Origin: a candidate division WOR-3 bacterium
GTDB taxonomy: Bacteria; Hydrothermota; Tepidihabitantia; SM23-42; JAOAFX01
Direction: 5' to 3'
Length of the DNA: 64,000 nucleotides
Assembly (NCBI GenBank): GCA_026416055.1
Contig: JAOAFX010000001.1
Span: 5,833-69,832, forward strand
Both the position numbers and the translations under genes were made by a program. Shown one piece after another: positions 7,344 to 16,336 of this stretch. The notes below the pieces were generated by a model. It ran no database searches. It was not told where the DNA came from and worked only from the letters and a program-made list of their open reading frames with translations. Position 1 is the stretch's first letter; every line of letters begins with the position of its first letter.

Positions 7344-7952
7344 TTACTTATAACTAAAGACAGCATAATTTCTTTCTCTATCTCCGCGCCGATAAGAGTA
7401 GAAATAATCTGGATTACAATATGTACAATAATTCAATTCAGCAATAAGATTTTCCTTTCCCAGTTCCTGTAGCACAGCCTTTTTTAAATCAAGATAGATC
7501 TTATTATATTTTCTTATCACTGCCTCCGGATATTTCTCACTGAATAGCCTTGCAACATCATTTTTGACTTCATAACAGCAGGGTCCAATACAGGCACCCA
7601 TGACATATTTATACTCCCTCATAATGGTCAGAGCTTTTGCCAGAATTCCTCTGATGATTGAACGCCATCCACAATGAAGAAGCATAATTTTTTCCTGAGA
7701 AAAGATATAAACTGGAAGACAGTCAGCAACCTTTACACCGATTGACTTACTTGATGTCATCAGCCCATCACCAGTGGTCTTTGTATCGGTATCAATATCT
7801 ACAATGATATCTGAATGAATCTGGGTAAGTAACGCGGGCTTAAAGGTATACAAAAATTTCTGCGTTCCAACCTTTGTTGAATAAAGAAAAATTTTATTTT
7901 CAAATTCACAACGAAAATACTTTAAATTCTCATCTTCAATTAACTGCCACAT
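7344..7952 (-). CDS. pgeF: peptidoglycan editing factor PgeF / YfiH (DUF152 laccase-domain) family
   Basis: VADCLPV...LLHCGWRS...CIGPCCYEV...CTYCNPDYFYSYRR motifs. Confidence 0.7.
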   Translation of the reverse strand: MWQLIEDENLKYFRCEFENKIFLYSTKVGTQKFLYTFKPALLTQIHSDIIVDIDTDTKTTGDGLMTSSKSIGVKVADCLPVYIFSQEKIMLLHCGWRSIIRGILAKALTIMREYKYVMGACIGPCCYEVKNDVARLFSEKYPEAVIRKYNKIYLDLKKAVLQELGKENLIAELNYCTYCNPDYFYSYRRGDRERNYAVFSYK

Positions 7953-9633
7953 TTTTTAATTCCTTAATCTTTAACATTATCTTTTTTTTGCCGACGAGTG
8001 AATCTTCAAATATTGTATACAAACAATCAATTCGAGTCTTTCCAGGCACCATTGTCATTATCTTATCCGCGTGATAAAAGGCGATTGCGGGAAACACGAC
8101 TCTTTCCTGGCGCAACGAGAATTTCAAGTGATCACTGCCCACTACCACAGGAACACCTACAACTTCAAAATTTTCACCCAAAAATACTGGCTGGGGGTTC
8201 TCCATTCCGGTGGGTTCAAAATATTTCAAAAAATAAACAATCTCTTCATTTATATCCTTCAAATCAAGCTTTATATCATAATAATGGCGCTTCATAAAAA
8301 TATGCTCATCAAATCCCTGTGCGTATTGATTTATCTTCTCAACAAAGGAATCTAAGTTGCTTTTAGAAAGTTCCAACCCTGCTGCCTGTTTATGCCCGCC
8401 GAATTTCATTAACAGGTCAGCACAGAAGTTCAGTGCCTCCGCAATATCAAATCCACTGACCGAACGGGCTGAGCCCTTGGCGATTTTTTCTTTTAATGTC
8501 AGAACTATCGCTGGTTTTGCATACTCCTCAACAATTCTTGATGCTACAATGCCGACAACGCCTTCATGCCAGTTTTCTTTACCCAGGACTATGACTCGCT
8601 TATCATACAGATGTTTTGCCTCAATCATATTAACTGCCTCCTGTAGAATTTCATCTTCCACTTTCTGGCGTTTTTCATTATCGGCCGAAAGTTCCTGGGC
8701 AAGTAAACAGGCCTTTTGATAGTCATCGGTAAGTAAAAGTTCTAAAGCCGCCTTTGCATCACGTAATCTACCACAGGCATTTATCCTTGGCCCGATTATG
8801 AACCCGAGATGGTATGCAGTCAGTTCACCCTTCAGGCCGGAAACTTTTATCAGTGCCTGGATACCCGCCTTTTTACTTTTCTGCATCTTTTTTAACCCGA
8901 GTTTTACCAGATAACGATTTTCCCCGGTCAAAGGTACTACATCAACCACACTGCCCAATGCAACAAGGTCAAGGTCGGAGAGAAGTTCTGCCTCATCAAG
9001 ACAGAGCTTCCGGTAAATACCCTGGAGAAATTTAAAAACTACTCCAACCCCGGCAAGTTCTTTGAATGGATAATTACAGTGGGCCAATTTAGGATTGAGT
9101 AATGCGTCAACAACCGGAATTTCCGATTTCGGATTGTGATGGTCACAGATTATCACATCTAAATTCTTTGATTTCGCATAGTTCAGCTCTTCAAATGCAG
9201 TAATGCCACAATCAACAGTAATCATCAGTGTGCATCCATTCTGCAGGGCATATTCAATCCCCAATTTTGAAACCCCGTAACCTTCTATAAGGCGGTGGGG
9301 AATATAACAATACACATCTAATCCAAGTTTTTTAAAATTTCTGTATAACATAGCCATACCTGTTATTCCATCGGCATCATAATCACCGTGGATTAATATC
9401 CTTTCTTTTCTTTCAAGTGCCTTTTCAATCCTTGCCACTGCTTTTTCCATATCTGAAAACATGAATGGGTCATGAAGTTCTGCAGGAGTTGGCGCAAAGA
9501 ATGTTTCTATCTCCTGGGCAGTCTTATACCCCCGATTTTTTAAAATTTGAACTATTACGGCAGGAATTCTCTTGCCCCGGATGATGAGATCTTCACCGAC
9601 CTCACCCTGATGTTTACCCACCCAGATAGACAT
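7936..9633 (-). CDS. recJ: single-stranded-DNA-specific exonuclease RecJ
   Basis: 565 aa with the DHH motifs ILIHGDYDADGITG, VDCG and ICDHH, plus a DHHA1 region. Confidence 0.85.
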   Translation of the reverse strand: MSIWVGKHQGEVGEDLIIRGKRIPAVIVQILKNRGYKTAQEIETFFAPTPAELHDPFMFSDMEKAVARIEKALERKERILIHGDYDADGITGMAMLYRNFKKLGLDVYCYIPHRLIEGYGVSKLGIEYALQNGCTLMITVDCGITAFEELNYAKSKNLDVIICDHHNPKSEIPVVDALLNPKLAHCNYPFKELAGVGVVFKFLQGIYRKLCLDEAELLSDLDLVALGSVVDVVPLTGENRYLVKLGLKKMQKSKKAGIQALIKVSGLKGELTAYHLGFIIGPRINACGRLRDAKAALELLLTDDYQKACLLAQELSADNEKRQKVEDEILQEAVNMIEAKHLYDKRVIVLGKENWHEGVVGIVASRIVEEYAKPAIVLTLKEKIAKGSARSVSGFDIAEALNFCADLLMKFGGHKQAAGLELSKSNLDSFVEKINQYAQGFDEHIFMKRHYYDIKLDLKDINEEIVYFLKYFEPTGMENPQPVFLGENFEVVGVPVVVGSDHLKFSLRQERVVFPAIAFYHADKIMTMVPGKTRIDCLYTIFEDSLVGKKKIMLKIKELKNVAVN

Positions 9634-9642
9634 CTTTATAAA

Positions 9643-11118
9643 TTAGCCGGGCAAAGGTACCTTCGTCACCTTTGGATATTTTTTATACAATTCGTGATAT
9701 CTCTCAGGATATTCAGTTTTGCTGCATAAAAGCAATGTTGTCAGGGGTGTAACTTTTTTCGCCTTTTCGCTCATGGAGTGCACAATATTTTGAATATCCC
9801 ATTGGGCTGTTGGGTCTTCACGCAGGCGTACAATGTGATATAACTCGCGAAGATTAAGATTGATTAGTACCCTTTTACGGTGGGCATTGGTGAGAATATA
9901 AGATGCCGCTGGTGGTGAAATTTTTACTATTTTTTTATACAACTTTTCAGTTTTTTTGATAACCTTCTTAAATTCTTCTTCCATCTTTATTTCTTTTATT
10001 GAAGGCGGGATGGTAATACCAAGTAACGGGTCATAGTCCTGGTTTATAAGGGTCATCATGCGGTGACGTTTTAATTGAGCAAAACAGCTACCGGATACGA
10101 CCGCTGAGAATGTATAATTGACCATTTCAAACTCCCGGGGCAGGGTGTCATATAGTTCCAGGTATTTGCAGGCATTTTTGAACAACTCAATTTTTTCTTT
10201 CCGGGATAATTTTTTGACAGCAGTTAAACATTGTTCAAAGCTGCTTCTTCCCACACGAAATAGTAATGAAGCAAGAATCTTATCATCTCCATCCCTGGTA
10301 TAATCTTCAAGCCTTACCTCTGAATTCAAGTCATTCAGAACCTTTATCTTATCACAGTATTCTTTGAGTTCCGGATATGTGCGCTGGTCATAATCGTTTG
10401 CTCTGTAGAAAAGTATTATTGAAGGTGCAATATGTTTAACCTGCCTGTATAAATGATTGCCAAGCTTGCGGATTTCATCAAGTTCATGACTGGCAAATCT
10501 CCGTATCATCAGTTCAAGATTACGGGCATTTATTGTAGTTCCGAGCTGGGTCTGGGTGGCGAGGGAAAGTATATAGCGGGCATCTTCTTTTGCTGCATTC
10601 TCAATATTTTTTAAGATTTTGGGATCTGATACCCCTGGTTGATTCTTTAATCTATACGATTTCAGCTTCTCCAGCAATATCTTATATAGATTATTCTGCT
10701 CAGATATGATGGTGCAGTATTCATCCACAAATTTCGAATTTTTAATCTCTTCAGGTATCACATAGTCTCCTTCCAGTGTCACATAACGCTGGGACTTTTC
10801 AGTGTAGGAACATAATCTGAATCTTTCAACCTCTTCAACCGCCCGGCGGGAAATACCGATGATATCAAAATTGAATACCGCATGTTCGGCAATTGAATGA
10901 TGACTCATCTCAAAGATAATGCGCCGGTTAGAAAGTCTTGCCTTTTCTACTTCTTTCAGGGCTTCCTTCCGCAGTGTACTGACCGATCTGGGGCTGCGGC
11001 TGATTCGTGCATAGGCTGCTGAGATGGTCTCGGGTGTAAAGACATTGTTGCTGGATAATCTTTTTAATTTTTTGATTAGCCCGGTATCAATGTTATATCC
11101 AGCAAGAATAACCTTCAT
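9643..11118 (-). CDS. thyX: FAD-dependent thymidylate synthase ThyX-like, long (about double-length) form
   Basis: ISRSPRS...HHSIAEHAVFNF...RFRLCSYTEKSQRYV approximates the RHRxxSxxxxSxRY ThyX signature. A second partial motif, LKRHRMMTL, occurs in the C-terminal half. Confidence 0.6.
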   Translation of the reverse strand: MKVILAGYNIDTGLIKKLKRLSSNNVFTPETISAAYARISRSPRSVSTLRKEALKEVEKARLSNRRIIFEMSHHSIAEHAVFNFDIIGISRRAVEEVERFRLCSYTEKSQRYVTLEGDYVIPEEIKNSKFVDEYCTIISEQNNLYKILLEKLKSYRLKNQPGVSDPKILKNIENAAKEDARYILSLATQTQLGTTINARNLELMIRRFASHELDEIRKLGNHLYRQVKHIAPSIILFYRANDYDQRTYPELKEYCDKIKVLNDLNSEVRLEDYTRDGDDKILASLLFRVGRSSFEQCLTAVKKLSRKEKIELFKNACKYLELYDTLPREFEMVNYTFSAVVSGSCFAQLKRHRMMTLINQDYDPLLGITIPPSIKEIKMEEEFKKVIKKTEKLYKKIVKISPPAASYILTNAHRKRVLINLNLRELYHIVRLREDPTAQWDIQNIVHSMSEKAKKVTPLTTLLLCSKTEYPERYHELYKKYPKVTKVPLPG

Positions 11119-12194
11119 ACCATTAATCTTTTCTTTATATCATCAGCCACCAGTTTCAGTGATGGATACATTTCCAGGGCAGTATCTCTATAGGTATAGA
11201 GGTCGCGTCCAACAGGATCAGAAACTTCGTTGTCAGATCTTCTTTTCCTTTTATATTCCTTTAACAAAAATGTCTTTATCGCTGCTGCGGGTGATAATTC
11301 AACTACGGTCTCATAATGTTTGTATTCCATCACAAGAATCAAGTCTGCTTCATCAACAAGTTCCCTTGTGAGGTATTTTGTCCGGTGGCTGGATATATCG
11401 CCACCAAATTCTTTAACTATAAGCAGGGCATTTTCACTCGCCGGCAATCCATCCACAGCCGCGGTTCCAGCCGATTTGATTTCAACATATCGTTCATCAA
11501 TCATGGTCTTTATAATTCCTACAGCCATAGGACTCCGGCATGAATTCCCCGAGCAAACGAACAGCAGGCTGAATTTGAGTGCAGGGTCAAGTTTTATCCT
11601 TCTACCAAATATTTTTTCAATCTCAAGGATAGGGATTGCACCCTTCTGTTTCACAACCGGAACAGGTGATGTCAAATCAAGAATCGTTGGATCTTTACCA
11701 TACCGATGTCCGTCATCAATGATTAAACTCACCGCCGGAAATTTTTCGGCAATCTCGACAGGTTCACTGATTCTTTCACCCCCAGGGATGCAGCCATTAA
11801 TCACTGCGATCGGCTTTTTATAGTAATTGAGTAAATTTATTACGAAATAATGGTCGGGAATCCTTATACCAATCTTATCCTCAGAGACCAATAATTTACT
11901 ACCCGGTTTTTTCTTCATTATCATGATTATCGGACCAGGGAGGAAATAATCGATAATCTTTTTTTTGGTGATTATTACATAATCAGCAAGTAAATTGCGG
12001 GCAATGAAGAATGTCATCAGTTTTTTTCCTTTTAAATTCTGTAGTTGCACAAATGCCCGGTCACTCTCGCCATTAACCGCAATTTCATAGAAAGTATCTG
12101 TGGGCAGGCCAACTATGCCGTCTTCATCAAGAACCTGAATGACCTTTTTATAAATTTCCAAATCATCAACAATTTTTACAATTGTGGCTGGCAT
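11115..12194 (-). CDS. fusion of an L-threonylcarbamoyladenylate synthase (TsaC/YrdC/Sua5 domain) and a low-molecular-weight protein phosphatase
   Basis: The N-half carries GLPTDTFYEIAV (YrdC-like). The C-half carries LLFVCSGNSCRSPMA, the CX5R(S/T) LMW-PTP P-loop, and a later DP motif. Confidence 0.7.
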   Translation of the reverse strand: MPATIVKIVDDLEIYKKVIQVLDEDGIVGLPTDTFYEIAVNGESDRAFVQLQNLKGKKLMTFFIARNLLADYVIITKKKIIDYFLPGPIIMIMKKKPGSKLLVSEDKIGIRIPDHYFVINLLNYYKKPIAVINGCIPGGERISEPVEIAEKFPAVSLIIDDGHRYGKDPTILDLTSPVPVVKQKGAIPILEIEKIFGRRIKLDPALKFSLLFVCSGNSCRSPMAVGIIKTMIDERYVEIKSAGTAAVDGLPASENALLIVKEFGGDISSHRTKYLTRELVDEADLILVMEYKHYETVVELSPAAAIKTFLLKEYKRKRRSDNEVSDPVGRDLYTYRDTALEMYPSLKLVADDIKKRLMV

Positions 12195-13484
12195 CTATCG
12201 AACCTTCCGTTTTCTTTTCATCTTCTTCATTCCGCTACTGCCAATATCCTTTCTATAAAACATACCATTAAAGTGAATCTTCTTTATCTCTTCGTACACT
12301 TTCTGTTTTGCCACACGTAAATTATCAGCAGCATATACTACATTCAACACCCTTCCGCCGGCCGTAACAAGTTTCCCATCTTCAATTTTGGTTCCAGCAT
12401 GAAAGAGGAGTGTTCCTGTATCGAGCGGTCCTTTTATTTGTATCTCCTCCCCAATTTTATAATCAAAAGGGTAACCTGCAGAAACGAGCACAACACAGAT
12501 TGACCATAAATTTTTAATCTTCACCTGTAAATCCTGTAAATTGTTGTCGACAACCCCGAGGAAAAGTTCAATGATATCATTTTCAATCAAAGGCACCATT
12601 GCCTGGAATTCGGGATCTCCAAATCGACAGTTAAATTCAAGGACCTTTGGTCCGGAAGGAGTTATAATCAGCCCTGCATATAGAACACCTTTAAATGGAA
12701 AACCTTTTTCATGCATACACAGGATAGTCGGTTGAACGATTACTTCTTTAATAAAATCGGTTACCAGTTTGCTCATGGGATATGGGGAATAAGCACCCAT
12801 TCCACCGGTATTCGGCCCCCGGTTTCCATCATAAAGCCTTTTGTGGTCCTGTGCCGAAGGTAGATATAATATTCTCAGACCATCGGTGAGTACAAAGACA
12901 GAACATTCCTGTCCGGTTAAAAATTCTTCAACCACTATTTTTTTGCCAGCCTCACCGAGTTTGTGCTGGACAAGAACCTCATCAACTATCCTCTCGTATT
13001 CATTTTTATTGTTTACAATAAAGACCCCTTTACCTCCAGCAAGCCCTGCTGCCTTTACCACAACCGGGAAGGTATTGATTGTCTTGAGGTATTTCAAGGC
13101 CTGTGCGGCGCTATCGTAAATCTGAAATTTAGGTGAAGGAATGTCATACTGGGCAAGAAATTCACGGGCGAAAGACTTATCAGATTCAATCCTGCTTGCT
13201 GCCCTGGTTGGACCGAATATCTTCAAACCGTTCTTGTTAAATTCATCAACGATACCCAGGGAGAGCGGCAATTCCGGACCAACGACCGTAAGGTCAATAT
13301 TTTTCTCTTTAGCAAATCGCACCAGTCCGTTAATATCCGTAGGCAGGATATTCACACAGGTTGCAATCTTTGCGATCCCTGGATTGCCTGGTGCCGCGTA
13401 CAGATTTTTTACCTTTCTTGATTTATTAATTTTCCAGACCAGGGCATGTTCCCTGCCGCCACCACCCACAACTAAAACATTCAT
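12195..13484 (-). CDS. purD: phosphoribosylamine--glycine ligase
   Basis: MNVLVVGGGGREHALVWK... and an ATP-grasp architecture, 429 aa. Confidence 0.9.
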   Translation of the reverse strand: MNVLVVGGGGREHALVWKINKSRKVKNLYAAPGNPGIAKIATCVNILPTDINGLVRFAKEKNIDLTVVGPELPLSLGIVDEFNKNGLKIFGPTRAASRIESDKSFAREFLAQYDIPSPKFQIYDSAAQALKYLKTINTFPVVVKAAGLAGGKGVFIVNNKNEYERIVDEVLVQHKLGEAGKKIVVEEFLTGQECSVFVLTDGLRILYLPSAQDHKRLYDGNRGPNTGGMGAYSPYPMSKLVTDFIKEVIVQPTILCMHEKGFPFKGVLYAGLIITPSGPKVLEFNCRFGDPEFQAMVPLIENDIIELFLGVVDNNLQDLQVKIKNLWSICVVLVSAGYPFDYKIGEEIQIKGPLDTGTLLFHAGTKIEDGKLVTAGGRVLNVVYAADNLRVAKQKVYEEIKKIHFNGMFYRKDIGSSGMKKMKRKRKVR

Positions 13485-13523
13485 ATCACTCCTTTATTGA
13501 TATAAATATAGCGGATAATAAAA

Positions 13524-14255
13524 TTACGATTGAACAAATTGTATAATTTTTTTAAACTTTGCTGGAGAGCTTTCTATAATGCTTCCCAGAACCAGAAAGT
13601 CGGCGCCAGCATCAAATAATTTCCTGGCGTCTTTCTCTTTTCTTATCCCGCCACCCACGATGAGGGGTATGGAAAGGTTTTTTTTAACCTCTTTCACTAC
13701 CTTCTCCGGCACTGGTGCTTCGGCTCCACTTCCAGCCTCAAGATATATCGCTTCCATCCCAAGATACTCTCCAGCTAAAGCATGGGCAACCGCAATTTCA
13801 GGTTTATTCCTCGGAATCGGACGTGTATTGGAAATGTATTCAACCGCTGTATAATTACCAGAAGAAATCAATATGTAGCCGACCGGTATAACTTCCAACC
13901 CATAAGATTTTATCAAGAAGACTGATTTCACATGCTCACCAATCAAAAATTCAGGATTACGACCGCTTAAAAGCGAAAGGAAAAATATTCCATCAGCATA
14001 TCTGGAAATCTGCTGGGAACCACCGGGAAATAGTATCACTGGACATGATGCAGCTTTTTTTACACGCAAAACAAAACCATCAAAATCTTCTTTCTTTAGT
14101 AGAGAGGTTCCAATTAGAATTGCCTTCGTTCCACACTCCGAAACGAAGTGAGCTATTTTATAAACATCCTTATCTGGAATACGGTCGGGATCAAGGAGTG
14201 CAATTATCCCCGGTTTTGAATCATTCAATCTTTGCCAGATACGATAATGTCTCAT
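13524..14255 (-). CDS. geranylgeranylglyceryl/heptaprenylglyceryl phosphate synthase family (GGGPS/PcrB)
   Basis: MRHYRIWQRL...IIALLDPDR...ILFPG...YLEAGSGA...IVGGGIR motifs. The track start (TTG 14363) overlaps a plus-strand consensus promoter. ATG 14255 sits 10 nt after TATAAT of a TTGATT-N16-TATAAT promoter, so I prefer it. Confidence 0.7.
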   Translation of the reverse strand: MRHYRIWQRLNDSKPGIIALLDPDRIPDKDVYKIAHFVSECGTKAILIGTSLLKKEDFDGFVLRVKKAASCPVILFPGGSQQISRYADGIFFLSLLSGRNPEFLIGEHVKSVFLIKSYGLEVIPVGYILISSGNYTAVEYISNTRPIPRNKPEIAVAHALAGEYLGMEAIYLEAGSGAEAPVPEKVVKEVKKNLSIPLIVGGGIRKEKDARKLFDAGADFLVLGSIIESSPAKFKKIIQFVQS

Positions 14256-14265
14256 ATTCGTTGAG

Positions 14266-14293
14266 ATTATAATCCAATTTTTAAAAAAATCAA
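14266..14293 (-). promoter_or_regulatory. promoter TTGATT-N16-TATAAT for the GGGPS-purD operon
   Basis: -35 at 14293..14288 and -10 at 14271..14266. Predicted TSS is ~14259, 4 nt before ATG 14255. Confidence 0.5.
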
Positions 14294-14307
14294 GCATTGT
14301 TTTTTTC

Positions 14308-14335
14308 TTGACAAACTTGCTTTTCTGGATATAAT
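14308..14335 (+). promoter_or_regulatory. promoter TTGACA-N16-TATAAT for the sugar-transferase gene
   Basis: Perfect hexamers at 14308..14313 and 14330..14335, divergent from the GGGPS promoter. Confidence 0.55.
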
Positions 14336-14385
14336 TGGATAATGGTGAAGCAAGGGAGGTCAATAAGGGATTTTAAAGACGTTTG

Positions 14386-15699
14386 ATGGCACGAAGAACT
14401 GAGCTGCTTATCACCCTCTGTGGTGATATTATAATCTTATTATCAATTTTCTTTATTGCCTGGCAATCTTCAAAGATAAACCAGTCAGTATTCAGCCAGC
14501 ATAGCATTATTGCTGGATTTGGACTATTGGTTTTCTGGCTATTTCTCTTCCAGTCGTTCAACTTATATAAGCCCAGGAACGAGATCCAGATAATGAACGG
14601 AATCTTTAACCTGCTGAAGGCAATTTTTTTTGGAATGACCCTCCTCCTTTCACTTGCCTATTTGATGAACATAGATTTTTTCAAGGCAAAGGGATTCCTT
14701 CCTTCTTATTCCATCACCCTCTCTTCACTACTGCTGTGGCGTCTCATACTCTGGGGATTGATAGGGGAATATGTAAAGAAAATTCCGAGCCGGGTTATTA
14801 TCTTTAAAAATGGAGACAACATCTCGGATTGCGAATATCCTAATTTTACCGCTGTGAGGGAAGTAAAGTTTTCAGAAATGGATTCAGAAACGGCAAAGAA
14901 GATTTTTAAGGCGAACAAAATAGACGGTATAGTTATCGAAAGTAATGGACAAAGCCGCGAAGAGGTGCTGAAAGTGATTTCTCAATTTGCTGAAAGTAAT
15001 TATAGCATTTTCGTTTCACCTAAACTCTATCCCCTTATTTACCAGCATTTTCTTATTAAAAAACTTCCCGATTCCAGCTTACTCCAGATCATCTTTCATC
15101 CCCTTTCTGCCTGGGACCGGTTTCTAAAGAGATTAACTGATATCGGTATTGCCTTGCTTTCTCTGGTAATCCTCTCCCCTTTACTGGCCTTGATTGCATT
15201 ACTCATCAAGATTGATTCTCCTGGTCCAGTTTTCTATACCCAGAAAAGGGTGGGCTACAGGGGTAAAAAATTTTTTCTGATAAAATTCCGTTCCATGATC
15301 AAGGATGCCGAAAAATATACAGGTCCGGTCTGGGCTAAGAAAGATGATAAAAGGATTACCCGCATGGGCAGGATAATGCGACCATTACGCCTCGACGAAT
15401 TACCCCAGTTGATAAATGTTCTAAAAGGGGATATGAGTTTTGTTGGACCGCGACCAGAGCGTCCCCATTTTGTGTCAAAATTTGTAAAGCAGATACCATT
15501 CTACTCACTCCGCCACACAGTGCACCCGGGTATTACGGGCTGGGCACAGGTCAAATATTCCTATGACCGCACAATTGAGGATGTAAAGAAAAAGTTAGAA
15601 TACGACCTTGAATATATCAACAACATCTCATTGAAAATGGATCTAAAGATATTTCTAAAAACAATCCTAATCGTAATTAAAAGACAGGGAGCACACTGA
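14386..15699 (+). CDS. polyprenyl-phosphate glycosyl-1-phosphate transferase (WbaP/EpsL-type bacterial sugar transferase)
   Basis: The C-terminal domain reads SPGPVFYTQKRVGYRGKKFFLIKFRSM...RLDELPQLINVLKGDMSFVGPRPERP, behind N-terminal TM segments. The track start TTG 14383 is directly followed by ATG 14386. Confidence 0.85.
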   Translation: MARRTELLITLCGDIIILLSIFFIAWQSSKINQSVFSQHSIIAGFGLLVFWLFLFQSFNLYKPRNEIQIMNGIFNLLKAIFFGMTLLLSLAYLMNIDFFKAKGFLPSYSITLSSLLLWRLILWGLIGEYVKKIPSRVIIFKNGDNISDCEYPNFTAVREVKFSEMDSETAKKIFKANKIDGIVIESNGQSREEVLKVISQFAESNYSIFVSPKLYPLIYQHFLIKKLPDSSLLQIIFHPLSAWDRFLKRLTDIGIALLSLVILSPLLALIALLIKIDSPGPVFYTQKRVGYRGKKFFLIKFRSMIKDAEKYTGPVWAKKDDKRITRMGRIMRPLRLDELPQLINVLKGDMSFVGPRPERPHFVSKFVKQIPFYSLRHTVHPGITGWAQVKYSYDRTIEDVKKKLEYDLEYINNISLKMDLKIFLKTILIVIKRQGAH

Positions 15700-15700
15700 G

Positions 15701-16336
15701 ATGTTTTTATTATTATATCTTATCAGCCAGAATTTACCTTTCACCTGGTCGCAGAGTTATTCCACCTTTGATAACCCGGAATGTCTAAAACCGTGTGAAT
15801 ACAGTATTGGATTGGGGATTGATAATTACTGCATTTATAGTTCTACCAATGATACAATTGCCTATGACGAGCGAAGGTTCGATATCTGGGTAAAGGCAGG
15901 AATTATCAAAAAAATTGAACTACAATTAATCTATTCTTATCCTACGGCTGGACTCATTGCGCTAAAATATGGATGGCTGAATAAAAGGATTTCCTGTGCA
16001 TTAAAATCAGGTTTCGGATACATGAAAGGCACCAGGGTTGGTTATATAACTGATTATGTATACGATTTTTACGGCTATCTACCGGTTGCTCTTGAATTGA
16101 AGAAGACAATAAAGTTATTATACACACCAAAATTTATCTACTCTATGCACTACCGGGACCGCCAGGAACATTCTGACCGTCCACCCCGATTCATATTCCA
16201 TATCGGGCATTGTCTGGGATTTTCAATAGGTACCAAGGCTGAATTCATACCTGAAGTTAACTGGATGTGGGGTAATAACGAAGGGAAAAAGTACATGGTT
16301 AATCAATTCGGTATCGGTATCAATTTGAGATTATAA
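15701..16336 (+). CDS. hypothetical protein, possible outer-membrane beta-barrel
   Basis: 211 aa with alternating aromatic/hydrophobic strands and a C-terminal ...FGIGINLRL. The start is 1 nt after the upstream stop. Confidence 0.45.
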   Translation: MFLLLYLISQNLPFTWSQSYSTFDNPECLKPCEYSIGLGIDNYCIYSSTNDTIAYDERRFDIWVKAGIIKKIELQLIYSYPTAGLIALKYGWLNKRISCALKSGFGYMKGTRVGYITDYVYDFYGYLPVALELKKTIKLLYTPKFIYSMHYRDRQEHSDRPPRFIFHIGHCLGFSIGTKAEFIPEVNWMWGNNEGKKYMVNQFGIGINLRL

